From a virus (Duplodnaviria; Heunggongvirae; Uroviricota; Caudoviricetes), in the IMG/VR virus record IMGVR_UViG_3300009979_000063, positions 1-64,000 of that record: a DNA stretch of 64,000 nt; one strand, 5' to 3'. A program made the position numbers and the translations under genes. Of this stretch, positions 26,291 to 36,267 are shown one piece after another. Position 1 is the stretch's first letter. Each line of letters starts with the position of its first letter. The notes under the pieces are model-generated. The model ran no database searches. It worked only from the letters and a program-made list of their open reading frames with translations, and was not told the origin of the DNA.

Positions 26291-27308
26291 TGCTCGCCGC
26301 GAAACTCTGTGTTCGCATTGTACTTGAATTGGTGGGCTAGCAACATAAAGCCACGGTGATCTGCGATAATTGAACCGTCTAGGCCGTATGTGCCGAATAC
26401 TAATCTTACAGCATCACTAGCTGCTAGTGTACCTTGAATATTTGGTCTACACCCCGGCAAAAATGGCTTTGGGAAATAGTGCTGCATTCTTGTAGTCTCG
26501 CCGTCCATATTTGGCAGACGCAAGTGTGCCGAACGGAATGTAAGACCAGTTTCTCTAATTACCCCGAATGTATTGTAATATCCTTGGACCATATGCTCAA
26601 AAAGCCAGTCATCATTAGCTGTCATCTGATTAAGCTTAGAGGATGCGACAGGCTCCTTTCCCCAAGTTATGCGCATGTAAGGCATACGCTCACTCCTTTA
26701 CTCATATATGGCAAATAATTTCTTCTCCTTCTTCGTGAAAGTCTAACTCTACATTGGATACTGCTATTGCATTACGATAATCGAATCCAAGCCGCCCGAA
26801 AAAATCCGGATCAGCAACTTTTCGTCTTACATCATCCTGCATAAACCAATAAGTATTAGACATATCAACTAATAGTGCGCCTGGCCGGAACCCAATAGTC
26901 CCGGCCGTCGGATAGTGCTTAATTGCTTCCACACTAGCTGGAACCGGCGCAACGTTCCACGACAAGAATGCTCGTTCACTAAAGAACCGCTTCTTTGTTT
27001 TGGTTAGTATTAGATAATACTTACCGTTTGCCTCAACGTATGTCCATTTAGGATAATGCGTCGTGGTCGTGGGCGGGTGCCACGTACTCTGTACTTGCGG
27101 CTGTATTTGCTGCTGCGTTTCTAGCTGCGTTTTCTTCTCTAAGCCGAAGAATCTCTTCATTAGCATGGTCTAATTCGTGCGCTAAATCTTGTGCCTGTGC
27201 CAATGCCGCTGCGTGCTCTAGCGCCAAGTTTGAGACTCGCTGCATCAAGTTGTTAGCGACCTTCTGCCAGTTTACATCTGCCACGTTTTCACCTCCCAGA
27301 AAAGTATA

Positions 27309-30300
27309 TCACTTCCAGTATGCACAACGGAAGCCCGGTTTGTCACCTAATGCTCTGGCAGCTCCATGCGCCCAACCAGTTGTCTGCTTATCAGTAGTGC
27401 CCGTGTTTCCAAGCATGAATCCCTTGAAGGAGCCATCATAGATTGCTCCCATTATCTCGCTATTATTCTTCAAGTTGATCCATTTACCGATGCCTTGACC
27501 TTCGTAGAAGACTTGCATTCGATTAGCAAACCCGCCCGCTGGTTCAACAGTTGCACCGACATTAGCAGTATTATTATGCCATCCAAGGCATACAGATCCA
27601 CTTGGATTCCACCAACCGCCGATCTTGATAAATACCTCACAATATTCGATATTTACTAGGGGAACACCTTGTAGCTTAGCGATCTCAGTCTGGTCAAACC
27701 ACATCCAAGACCGTCTATTGCCATCGACATTAGCGTCTCCTTGCCACATAACCTCGCTAGGCGTGTAACCGGTGTTAAAGGCGATTCCAGATCCATTATA
27801 GCTATTAGAGGTGTGTGGCTGAATATCAAATTCATATCGTTGAGTAGTTGGTGTGGCTGGCTCGTTGTATCTGTTGACTGACTGAAATACAGTAGCTGGC
27901 CCAATATCTTCAATCGTGAATCCAATTTGATCCCAGTTTAAATAGACTCTACCGTTCCAAACAGTTCCCAAAACCATCAAAAACTTGCAGGCCGCTGATG
28001 TTTGACCGCCTAGAACTTCATCGCCTCTAAATACACCGCTACCTCCAATTGACCGATAACGAGCTCCGGCCCATTCAGTGGTTTCGAAATATCTAATACC
28101 CGGGCTTGTTGTCGTCGGTGTCGTGCCATTATTGGTGTATGTAAACACAATGTACCAGTTGTTTGGATATCCTTGGTTAGTTCCCGCAATAATGGCATCA
28201 GTAGCTGTTCTCATCGGCTCCATTGTGATGCGATAATATCTATCCTTATATATAGTGCAGGCTACCTCAAGCAATCCTCGCGTTCCATTTGTTACTTCGT
28301 AGACTTGGCTCTGACCAGTTGCTCTAGCAACAATACCTCGCGGGCCATCCGAAAACATACTAGATAGTTCTTTGCCCTTATAGAGAAAGGATTGCGTCGC
28401 GGATATTGTATCGTACCCGGCGGAAGAACCTGATGCCTGTCCACGAGTAATAAGATTATTGAATTCTGCGGAACCGTCTCCACGAATTGCCCAGCCAGCT
28501 GATCCAGTCGTAAAGTTGCTCGATGTAACAATCGAGTTGACTAGGTCTGATCCTGCACCCACTGTCAGCGTTCCTCGAATAAGAGCGTCACCAAATTGTG
28601 CATTTCCTTGCGTATTAATTGACCATGCTGGTTGACCAGATACACCTATAGCTTGCGCCGATGACTGAATTGATCCCGTGCGGATTGCTCCACCATCAAT
28701 CGTAGTTGCGCTTGGTGGCGTGAACATTGACGGAGTTGTTAGTGCACCGATTTGTTCTTCAACTTGCAAACCATCGATAGTTACATCGTATCCAGTAGAA
28801 CCATTAGCGTAAACACCAGCATAAAGTTTAACCTTATTGACGCCGGTTGGTACAGTAAGCACCCAACTAAATCTAGTCCATGTCGATGAATTGATTGTGC
28901 TAGATGTTCCCGGGAATATTGTAGTTCCTGTATCAGTGTAGAATCCAAGTCGCCAGCTTGCGTTAGCTGATCCGTTCTTTTTCACCCAGCCACTAACAAT
29001 GTAGTTAGTTGCCACTACATCAATATTTACACCCGTTGTGGAGGCTGCTCCCGGGCCGAAATAGAATAACTGTCCATTACCGGTTGTAGTGGTGGTGTTA
29101 GTCATTTTCAGCGCTTGGTTTCCATAGCGCGCACCGGACTGAACAATACTTAGAATAGTAGCAGCAGCGCCGCCGGATAAACCAATGCCACTAGCAGCGC
29201 CAGCGCTATCAACATAGTAAGAGCTGACAAACTCAAAGTCAGCTTGAGCAAGAGGTAACAGATTCTGGCTAGACGATTGAAGCAAGAGCGATTTGGCTGC
29301 GACTGAGCCATCGTAAATCGTAAGCCCAGAATTGTTGAGTAAGTACCCTGTCTTATTGGTTGCATTGTAGTTTGTAGATTGCAGTCCTGATCCCGCAGCA
29401 TCCAATGTTAAAGTGCTACGAACAAAAAGATTATTTGTTATTGCTGTACCAGCTTCTAGCTTGGCTGCCGACAACGAGTTAATTTTAGCATTTGTTATCT
29501 GGGCATCTCCTATATTGCTAGTAGCAATTAGTCCTGGCAAACCTGTTGCTTGTGGCGAAGCAATCGACTTGTTTTTCGCGTTATCGACGGCAATTACTTT
29601 CCAGTATACCTGAGTCTCTGTATCTATGCGGGGATAGTCAAAAATTGCGTTAATACTTATTCCTGGCCCGGCAGACTGCAAGGTGCCTAACAAAGTCGTG
29701 TTGCTTGGGGTGAAGTTGGTAGTGCTAGACGCATGCACTTCTAAGTAGCTGACATCCTGTGGAAGATTCGCACCGGTCTGCAACTTGCCCGTATGCGCTA
29801 CCTGAGCGCTCAGAGTGTTGGTGCTGACCGTCGGCGCAGCCGGTTGCCCCGGTGCTGTCGTATCGGCCGGCATGGCTATCGGGTACGTCGAAGCGTTGAC
29901 CCATGCCGAGCTGTTGCCATTGTAGTCCTGAGAACGTACCGCTACATAATAGCTTTGTCCCGGAACAACATTATTAATATTGACTGATGTTTGGTCACCC
30001 GGAACAGTTGCATAGCTATAAGTAACGCCATCTATAGAGTATCTAACAAGATAGCTTGTTAAGTCGCCTGCATTTTGGGTAGGTGCGGTCCAGCTAATAT
30101 TTAGCTTCTGCGTACCTAAATCACTGGCTGTAGCAGAAACCGTTACGTTTGTTGGCGCACCGGGCGGTGTTACGTCTACATCTGTTGCCGATACCGGAGT
30201 CGCTGATCCGCTTGCATAATTAGCGCTTGGCTGATTGAAAACATCGATCGCAGCTATCTTAAAGTAATGCGGCACTGGATTCGTAGTAGGGTGAATGTAG

Positions 30301-30911
30301 CTAGTGTTATTGCCTTCATAAACCTTATTAGCGTTACTCGGCGTAAAATTGGAACCGCTTGTTGACATGTGGACACGATAGAACTTTATGTCTTGATCGG
30401 CTACAGAGTTCCAGCTAACGGAAATAGCGCTCGTGATACCGGTAAAAGTTGCACCAGCAACATCAGACGGAACTGGATTCTGCACAGTAGCATTTACAGC
30501 CGTACTTAGATTTCCAGCTAAATCTCTAGCCTGAACAGAAATAGATACCGTTGGCTGCGGGTCGGTAAATGCACCAATGTTTGATTCGAAAGGAAAGTCG
30601 AACTCTTCCCCCGCTTGATAGCTCACGCTAGCAGTTTTGCCAGGAGCACTAATAGATACCTTGAAATCTTTAAAGTCTTTTAGAGCCGAGCCATTGCTAT
30701 CTACTGTCGGAGTATTCCACTTCGCTTTAAAGCTAGTGCCAGCTACGATCCAGGTCAAATTAGTTGGTGGACCCGGTGGCGTAATATCGGACTGCGTAAA
30801 TAGATCGTAGGCTGTAGACCATTCGCTAAAGTTTCCATTGCGGTCCTTAGAGCGAACCTGCAAAACATAATGTGTACCCGGCGATAAGTCTTTGATTAAA
30901 GCGTCAGACAT
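27309..30911 (-). CDS. tail fiber / receptor-binding protein with 4 fibronectin type III repeats
   Basis: 1200 aa; repeated PPGxPTN..W..P....L..Y.V modules; beta-rich C-terminal half. Confidence 0.6.
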   Translation of the reverse strand: MSDALIKDLSPGTHYVLQVRSKDRNGNFSEWSTAYDLFTQSDITPPGPPTNLTWIVAGTSFKAKWNTPTVDSNGSALKDFKDFKVSISAPGKTASVSYQAGEEFDFPFESNIGAFTDPQPTVSISVQARDLAGNLSTAVNATVQNPVPSDVAGATFTGITSAISVSWNSVADQDIKFYRVHMSTSGSNFTPSNANKVYEGNNTSYIHPTTNPVPHYFKIAAIDVFNQPSANYASGSATPVSATDVDVTPPGAPTNVTVSATASDLGTQKLNISWTAPTQNAGDLTSYLVRYSIDGVTYSYATVPGDQTSVNINNVVPGQSYYVAVRSQDYNGNSSAWVNASTYPIAMPADTTAPGQPAAPTVSTNTLSAQVAHTGKLQTGANLPQDVSYLEVHASSTTNFTPSNTTLLGTLQSAGPGISINAIFDYPRIDTETQVYWKVIAVDNAKNKSIASPQATGLPGLIATSNIGDAQITNAKINSLSAAKLEAGTAITNNLFVRSTLTLDAAGSGLQSTNYNATNKTGYLLNNSGLTIYDGSVAAKSLLLQSSSQNLLPLAQADFEFVSSYYVDSAGAASGIGLSGGAAATILSIVQSGARYGNQALKMTNTTTTTGNGQLFYFGPGAASTTGVNIDVVATNYIVSGWVKKNGSANASWRLGFYTDTGTTIFPGTSSTINSSTWTRFSWVLTVPTGVNKVKLYAGVYANGSTGYDVTIDGLQVEEQIGALTTPSMFTPPSATTIDGGAIRTGSIQSSAQAIGVSGQPAWSINTQGNAQFGDALIRGTLTVGAGSDLVNSIVTSSNFTTGSAGWAIRGDGSAEFNNLITRGQASGSSAGYDTISATQSFLYKGKELSSMFSDGPRGIVARATGQSQVYEVTNGTRGLLEVACTIYKDRYYRITMEPMRTATDAIIAGTNQGYPNNWYIVFTYTNNGTTPTTTSPGIRYFETTEWAGARYRSIGGSGVFRGDEVLGGQTSAACKFLMVLGTVWNGRVYLNWDQIGFTIEDIGPATVFQSVNRYNEPATPTTQRYEFDIQPHTSNSYNGSGIAFNTGYTPSEVMWQGDANVDGNRRSWMWFDQTEIAKLQGVPLVNIEYCEVFIKIGGWWNPSGSVCLGWHNNTANVGATVEPAGGFANRMQVFYEGQGIGKWINLKNNSEIMGAIYDGSFKGFMLGNTGTTDKQTTGWAHGAARALGDKPGFRCAYWK
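29500..30785 (-). repeat. four tandem FN3-domain coding repeats inside the tail fiber gene
   Basis: protein-level repeats at roughly residues 43-470. Confidence 0.5.
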
Positions 30912-31787
30912 TTATACATCTAACTCCAACATGTATTCAATATCCATAGTAGTACCGGCCATTTTACGCTTTGGTGAAGCTAAGACAGCGCGAGAAAGCA
31001 AAGAACTTGAGTCTATGTCCGTGTCATATCTAAGCGCATCTAGCATCACCGATCCCCCGCCGACGCCTGCCGTTCCAGCAACTTCAATTCGACTAATATT
31101 AGCCCAATCAGGAGATCCAACCTTGGTAAACGACGACTTGCTCACCTTTTCGAGGTGATAGCCATTGGTCAATGACCAGGACTGCTGAACAAAGTAGTTG
31201 CTGCTATCTGTTTTAAATCTCAGACTCAACGCCGTAATATTATTCAACAAATATGCAAACTTGAATTGCGTGCTATCCGGCAGTCTAGACAAGTCTAACG
31301 AAACTGGATAAGAGCCTACAGCATTAGCGCTTGCAGCTAAGTTATATAGTATCGCGGAATTCGATACTCTTGCGTTGTCACCGCTGTAATAACTATGCAC
31401 TGATGTCGTAGATTCCCAAGCTAGCATGTTATTGAAGTTGAGTAGAACCGAGCCTTGATGTGCTGTTCTTGACCCGGCCGCTTCTTTTGCGTCCCCCGGA
31501 TAAACACCCAGTTCATATATTTGATAATCGTCTGGCACTGCCAAAGTTGCCTTGAAATAGATAGCTTCGTTGATGCTGTCTACTATGACTGTCTTAATCT
31601 TGGCGTCTGCTACTTGAAATGCTAGTTCTTTGTCTGCCGTCGTTGCTGCTACGGGTGATATACCTACGCTGATTACGTCAGCAAAACCCCGTTGCTTTCC
31701 CGCAACTGCACCTAAAATGCCTATGCGTCCTGCGTCAGTAATGACGTTAGCTACTTCTATTCCCTCTATTCTATACGTTCCCTGCAT
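30912..31787 (-). CDS. tail-associated structural protein
   Basis: position between the tip protein and fiber; in-frame TAA separates it from the fiber ORF. Confidence 0.35.
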   Translation of the reverse strand: MQGTYRIEGIEVANVITDAGRIGILGAVAGKQRGFADVISVGISPVAATTADKELAFQVADAKIKTVIVDSINEAIYFKATLAVPDDYQIYELGVYPGDAKEAAGSRTAHQGSVLLNFNNMLAWESTTSVHSYYSGDNARVSNSAILYNLAASANAVGSYPVSLDLSRLPDSTQFKFAYLLNNITALSLRFKTDSSNYFVQQSWSLTNGYHLEKVSKSSFTKVGSPDWANISRIEVAGTAGVGGGSVMLDALRYDTDIDSSSLLSRAVLASPKRKMAGTTMDIEYMLELDV

Positions 31788-32121
31788 CTTTGGTTATCCT
31801 AATATCGTATTCTATTGCTTCACTGACATTCGCCAGATCGAGTGTAACGTCAATTACGGCTGTTCCGTCTGAACTAAAACGCACCGTCTGTTCTTTAATA
31901 CCGAGTACCGTGGGGGTGCTTGGAATAGCAGTGCCAGTATTGACCTGCGTGCCATAAGCCTGACTATCGCCGATAGTCTGTCCAGTTGCGACATCTATTG
32001 TCCGATACTGAAACGGTGTATCACCTTGCGGCAAGTCACGTGGCAACGATACATACTTACTAACCGGATCAACAGCAATGATCTGATTAGCACTAATCTG
32101 TTCAGCCATTTCTCAATTGTA

Positions 32122-35100
32122 TCATCGGACTCTATTTAGAGTCAAAGTAACTTTCAAACCTTCATCCCAAGATCGGTTGGTAGCCTTTACAATCCATAGC
32201 CACTCTTGACGTAAGTTAGAGGTTTCGTAGTAAACAGTTACCTTATCGCCCAGCTGAACTTTAGCGTTTCCGTAAACCTCGATATCTATTACGTCCATCG
32301 GCTCCGACCAATGCGTCGTGATCCAGGTGCCGAGAGCCTTTGCAGAATCCTCGGTAAAGATCCAATCAGCCTGCAAGTCAGCCTTAACCCGGCCGCGTTT
32401 ACGAATTGCGTCTTCGTCCTTGACCGTCTCAGTAGCTTCGTCTTTTTCTTCTAGGACGTATCCGTAAACAATCAGCTTTTGGTCAATTGATTCGCTTTCG
32501 CTCAGTTGCTCGTTTCCTACTACTATTTCGTCTCGGCGGCTAGCATTGACTAGTGTAAACTGTCCACGTGATGGATTATATGTATTGCTTACTACTTTTA
32601 CGCGCTCATTTGATGCATAAATCTTAGTTGCTGCCGCCGGGGTCATTTCTAACTCAACATCAAAGTCTCTGATCTCGTGTACGTATGATCCAAAGTCATC
32701 GGCGAATACCTTGCGTCTAGCTAGCTGTGATTCATTCGAACCGCCGTACGCTGCGACCGACCAACTAGGAGTAGGACCTTCGCCCCATTGCTGCGTAAAA
32801 GTATTCCAAGTATTTGATACATATGATCCTGACTGAATATCATAGATCATTTGATCGTCCGGAGCATTCATGATAAATGGTACATAGTCTACTATACGTG
32901 TACTTGTTTCATAGCTGACAGATATCTCTGTACCGGCCGAATATGCGATGCGCACTGTTTGCGCTGTAGGATGTAGATAGGTCAATTCCCAATGCGGTCT
33001 AGTATCTTTGACTAGCGTAAGCGGTCCGTATTCCTTACTCGAACCATCGTAGCCGAACGATTGCAGACTTGTTATTGTTGCGTCCGTACCTGTCGTAGCC
33101 ATAGTGAATACAACATTACCTAGCCATGCTCTGTTGGTTGGTAGGTTGATTTCTTGAACCTGATTATTTCCAGCCGGAAGCATTACGGTTGATCCAGAGA
33201 ACGTTTCGACATTTTGCTCTACATCGTCCATCTTATCGGTAGTTGTCGTAGCATAGTAATTCTCAAAGTAGAACTTGTTCTGACCCCGGCAGAAAAGGCC
33301 ACCTAAGTTTGTGTTTCTAATGCGATCCTCTGTATAGAATGTACCAACGAACTGACCCTTAACAAACACTTCAATTGAGCTTACCTGACGGCCATCGATC
33401 CAAGTATCTTCGTTATAGGTTACGTCTAAATCTATCCACTCGTCAGTTAAAACAGTTAGCGGAAGTCCAGCAGTCTTACCGTCTGTTGTATTCGCAAGCT
33501 TGGTAAAAGAGTCACCGTTTTTCTGTACTACGAATACTTCGTTGTTGACTTCGCGCCCGGCCAATTCGGCTCGCTCTGTAGTTGTAACCGTTACATAGAA
33601 ACAACGGTGCCAGTCAACATTAGGATCCACTCCCCCATCACCAGTGTCATATCCATTCACGTTAGTAATGTTGAGAATCAGTCCAGCTTCCGCCGGGCCA
33701 GACTGCAATTTAAGTCTAGTTCCATGCTGCCGATACTCTGATGTATCAAAGGTACGGATATAGATTGGCGCGAACTCCCAGTTAGGAACCGGCCCGATGT
33801 TTGAATCGCAGGTCAATATACTGTCGTTCCAACTCCAACGATTCTGCACGGCATTCCAATTCGTCTTTGTTCGCCAGTCGCCTACTGGGGCATTAGTGTT
33901 GTTTGTAAAATACGTATTAGTCAGCGGATGCTTTTGCAAGGCCATTGACTCCATAGGTCGCCAACCATCGCGCGGATATGTACCGTGAAACTGTTTGCCC
34001 AGCTTTTCCTTGTCCCTAGCTGCAACATAGAGTCTGCCTGTAAAACCGTTAAGATAGTTTCCATCAACACCAGCAATGTTCATATCCCAAGGATTATTTG
34101 CATTACTGGAATCTTGATAGGACTTTAGATCCGCGGCTCTCCGATCATCGTCCTTTTCCATCTTAACTTCGGTCTTGACTGGCGCCTTACCGTTCTCAAA
34201 CTTCCATACGTTATATCCCTTGCCTTTGATCTCGAATACTTCGCCATCGATATTTACTCTACCTTCATACGGCCAACGACTGGCAGCATCAGGAGTAACC
34301 CAGATATCCTCGGTTCCATTTGCTGTGATTATTTGCTTTAGAGGTGCGCCACGTAATACCACCGTATCGCTTCCTTCATATAGAACTGATGTTAACTCAG
34401 TCTGCGTTAGGTCCAGATCATCAACTTTACGCCGCCGCTTTTTGTACTTGATATCAACTTCGTTAGCTTGAATATCATACTTACGCTTTACTGTTAGTAC
34501 ATCCGCAACATCGTTGCCGGAATTCTGATACAAGAAAGCCCAGATAGCATTATCGTTATCGTTAGCTATCTGATCGCGAGTCATCAATTGAAAAATGCCG
34601 AATTCATCGACCCATAACGCAGCTTGGTTATCGCGACAAAGCTCTTGTAATACGTCGTAGAACGTCTTTGTTCCATCAGCCCAGAACCACTTCACCATAT
34701 TAGATTCAGCAAAGTCGCTGCCATCGAATGCGTAGTTAGACAGGCCAGCCATATCAAGAATGCGGCTTACCAGATTCGTGATCGATATATCTTCCGCCCA
34801 CATTGCAGGACAATCGGTGTCCTGCAAATACTTCATGGCGTCGAACAGCTCTAAATCAAACGTCCACTCATTGGTTACGGCCCACATATTTGTGAACATT
34901 GTCCCCAAGCGCAGCTTGTATTTTGTGCCGCCCCATGGCGTCAAATCGTATTCGCAATAGGCTCTTACTTCACACCAGCGATCTAGAATGCCAAAATAGT
35001 CTGATGTTTCATCGATATCGCTTAGCTTTTTGTCATAATTGTTGATGGCTATCTTGCCGCTATTAGCGCTGATCTGTCCGACTGGATAGATGAAATCTGA

Positions 35101-35853
35101 TTCATCCATGGACATTTCAAATGACATATCTTCTACACGGTATGAGATATCAAATTCACGCCGGGCGCCAAGCTCCATTAAACCCATCTGTCTACTTGGC
35201 TTGTCTACGCTAGCTACATTGATACGTATACCCTTTAACGCTATCCACTTGGTCTCATCTAGCTGCTGCGTCTTTACCCAGCTAGTTCCGTTCCACCATA
35301 TATCAGCGCGGCCAGTAATAGGATTAACATCTGGTCTAGTAATTGCTGTCCAGTTAGTGCCATCGGTCGTAATCTCTAGTGTCCATGACATTGGCGCAGT
35401 ATTCATAGCGAAACCGACGCGAATCTTATTTGTCCGCACTGGACTATCATAGATTACCGTCGGTTGAACCTTATCAATTGCATACCCGAAGTCCTGTTCA
35501 TAGTTGGCAGATGACATGATCGGGCTAACCCAATATTCAAATACTTCATCTTTCTCAACGGTGTAGTATCGAACGCTGTCTAATCCGGTAGTCATGGGGG
35601 AAGTCGTGTATGATTCATCGTCTGTAAATGCATACTGAATACTACTGTCAGGTCTCATTGGAGATGTTATTGACTCAATTGGAAAATAGTCAATGTTGTA
35701 CGGCCATGTTGAGTCTTTATTCTCTACACCGGCGTTTGTAACCGTAGTTTTAACAAAGCGATTGAAATTAAACTCTACATAAGCAAACGGAAGTACGTCT
35801 ATGTTGTACCCTCGTCTAAACGCTGTGTTTAACTCTTCTGGTACTGTCTGCAC
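32122..35853 (-). CDS. large minor tail / tail tip protein (1243 aa)
   Basis: size and position downstream of the tape measure protein and distal tail protein. Confidence 0.5.
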   Translation of the reverse strand: MQTVPEELNTAFRRGYNIDVLPFAYVEFNFNRFVKTTVTNAGVENKDSTWPYNIDYFPIESITSPMRPDSSIQYAFTDDESYTTSPMTTGLDSVRYYTVEKDEVFEYWVSPIMSSANYEQDFGYAIDKVQPTVIYDSPVRTNKIRVGFAMNTAPMSWTLEITTDGTNWTAITRPDVNPITGRADIWWNGTSWVKTQQLDETKWIALKGIRINVASVDKPSRQMGLMELGARREFDISYRVEDMSFEMSMDESDFIYPVGQISANSGKIAINNYDKKLSDIDETSDYFGILDRWCEVRAYCEYDLTPWGGTKYKLRLGTMFTNMWAVTNEWTFDLELFDAMKYLQDTDCPAMWAEDISITNLVSRILDMAGLSNYAFDGSDFAESNMVKWFWADGTKTFYDVLQELCRDNQAALWVDEFGIFQLMTRDQIANDNDNAIWAFLYQNSGNDVADVLTVKRKYDIQANEVDIKYKKRRRKVDDLDLTQTELTSVLYEGSDTVVLRGAPLKQIITANGTEDIWVTPDAASRWPYEGRVNIDGEVFEIKGKGYNVWKFENGKAPVKTEVKMEKDDDRRAADLKSYQDSSNANNPWDMNIAGVDGNYLNGFTGRLYVAARDKEKLGKQFHGTYPRDGWRPMESMALQKHPLTNTYFTNNTNAPVGDWRTKTNWNAVQNRWSWNDSILTCDSNIGPVPNWEFAPIYIRTFDTSEYRQHGTRLKLQSGPAEAGLILNITNVNGYDTGDGGVDPNVDWHRCFYVTVTTTERAELAGREVNNEVFVVQKNGDSFTKLANTTDGKTAGLPLTVLTDEWIDLDVTYNEDTWIDGRQVSSIEVFVKGQFVGTFYTEDRIRNTNLGGLFCRGQNKFYFENYYATTTTDKMDDVEQNVETFSGSTVMLPAGNNQVQEINLPTNRAWLGNVVFTMATTGTDATITSLQSFGYDGSSKEYGPLTLVKDTRPHWELTYLHPTAQTVRIAYSAGTEISVSYETSTRIVDYVPFIMNAPDDQMIYDIQSGSYVSNTWNTFTQQWGEGPTPSWSVAAYGGSNESQLARRKVFADDFGSYVHEIRDFDVELEMTPAAATKIYASNERVKVVSNTYNPSRGQFTLVNASRRDEIVVGNEQLSESESIDQKLIVYGYVLEEKDEATETVKDEDAIRKRGRVKADLQADWIFTEDSAKALGTWITTHWSEPMDVIDIEVYGNAKVQLGDKVTVYYETSNLRQEWLWIVKATNRSWDEGLKVTLTLNRVR

Positions 35854-36264
35854 TTATATCTCTTCCAATGAAAAGTCTACATCGTAGAAGTCGACATAGC
35901 TTCCTCGCTTGACTATTTTCATCGAGAAATCAGTAAACATAGCCTTGAAAGTCTCGGTTGCATTCTTGCCATCGGTTAATGTCATTGTCACGTCGCCCCT
36001 GTTAGCTACATAGAAATCTCTAATAGCTATCGCCCCCCAAAAGCCGTCAACTGTTTTATTGGTTGCGCCAGGCAGAGTAGACCATCCAACTTTCCAAGTG
36101 CGCTTTTCGGCTACAGTTAAACGGCGCATTGTGCCATCACCCATGCGCTTGCGATATTCTACTTTTTCGTAGCTTACATTGATCGCGGCACGGTTGTGGT
36201 CTGTAAGTTTATTGCCGTTCAGAATTATTCCGGCAGAAATAGGTAAAACGAGAGGCTTAGGCAT
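35854..36264 (-). CDS. putative distal tail protein (136 aa)
   Basis: immediately downstream of the tape measure protein. Confidence 0.3.
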   Translation of the reverse strand: MPKPLVLPISAGIILNGNKLTDHNRAAINVSYEKVEYRKRMGDGTMRRLTVAEKRTWKVGWSTLPGATNKTVDGFWGAIAIRDFYVANRGDVTMTLTDGKNATETFKAMFTDFSMKIVKRGSYVDFYDVDFSLEEI

Positions 36265-36267
36265 ATT

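Noticed and set aside
30906-30916. In-frame TAA separating ORF 30912..31787 from the tail fiber ORF, which suggested stop-codon read-through
   Set aside because: The ATG immediately follows the TAA, which is ordinary translational coupling (TAAATG). TAA read-through is rare. The upstream C-terminus does not continue a fibronectin type III domain.
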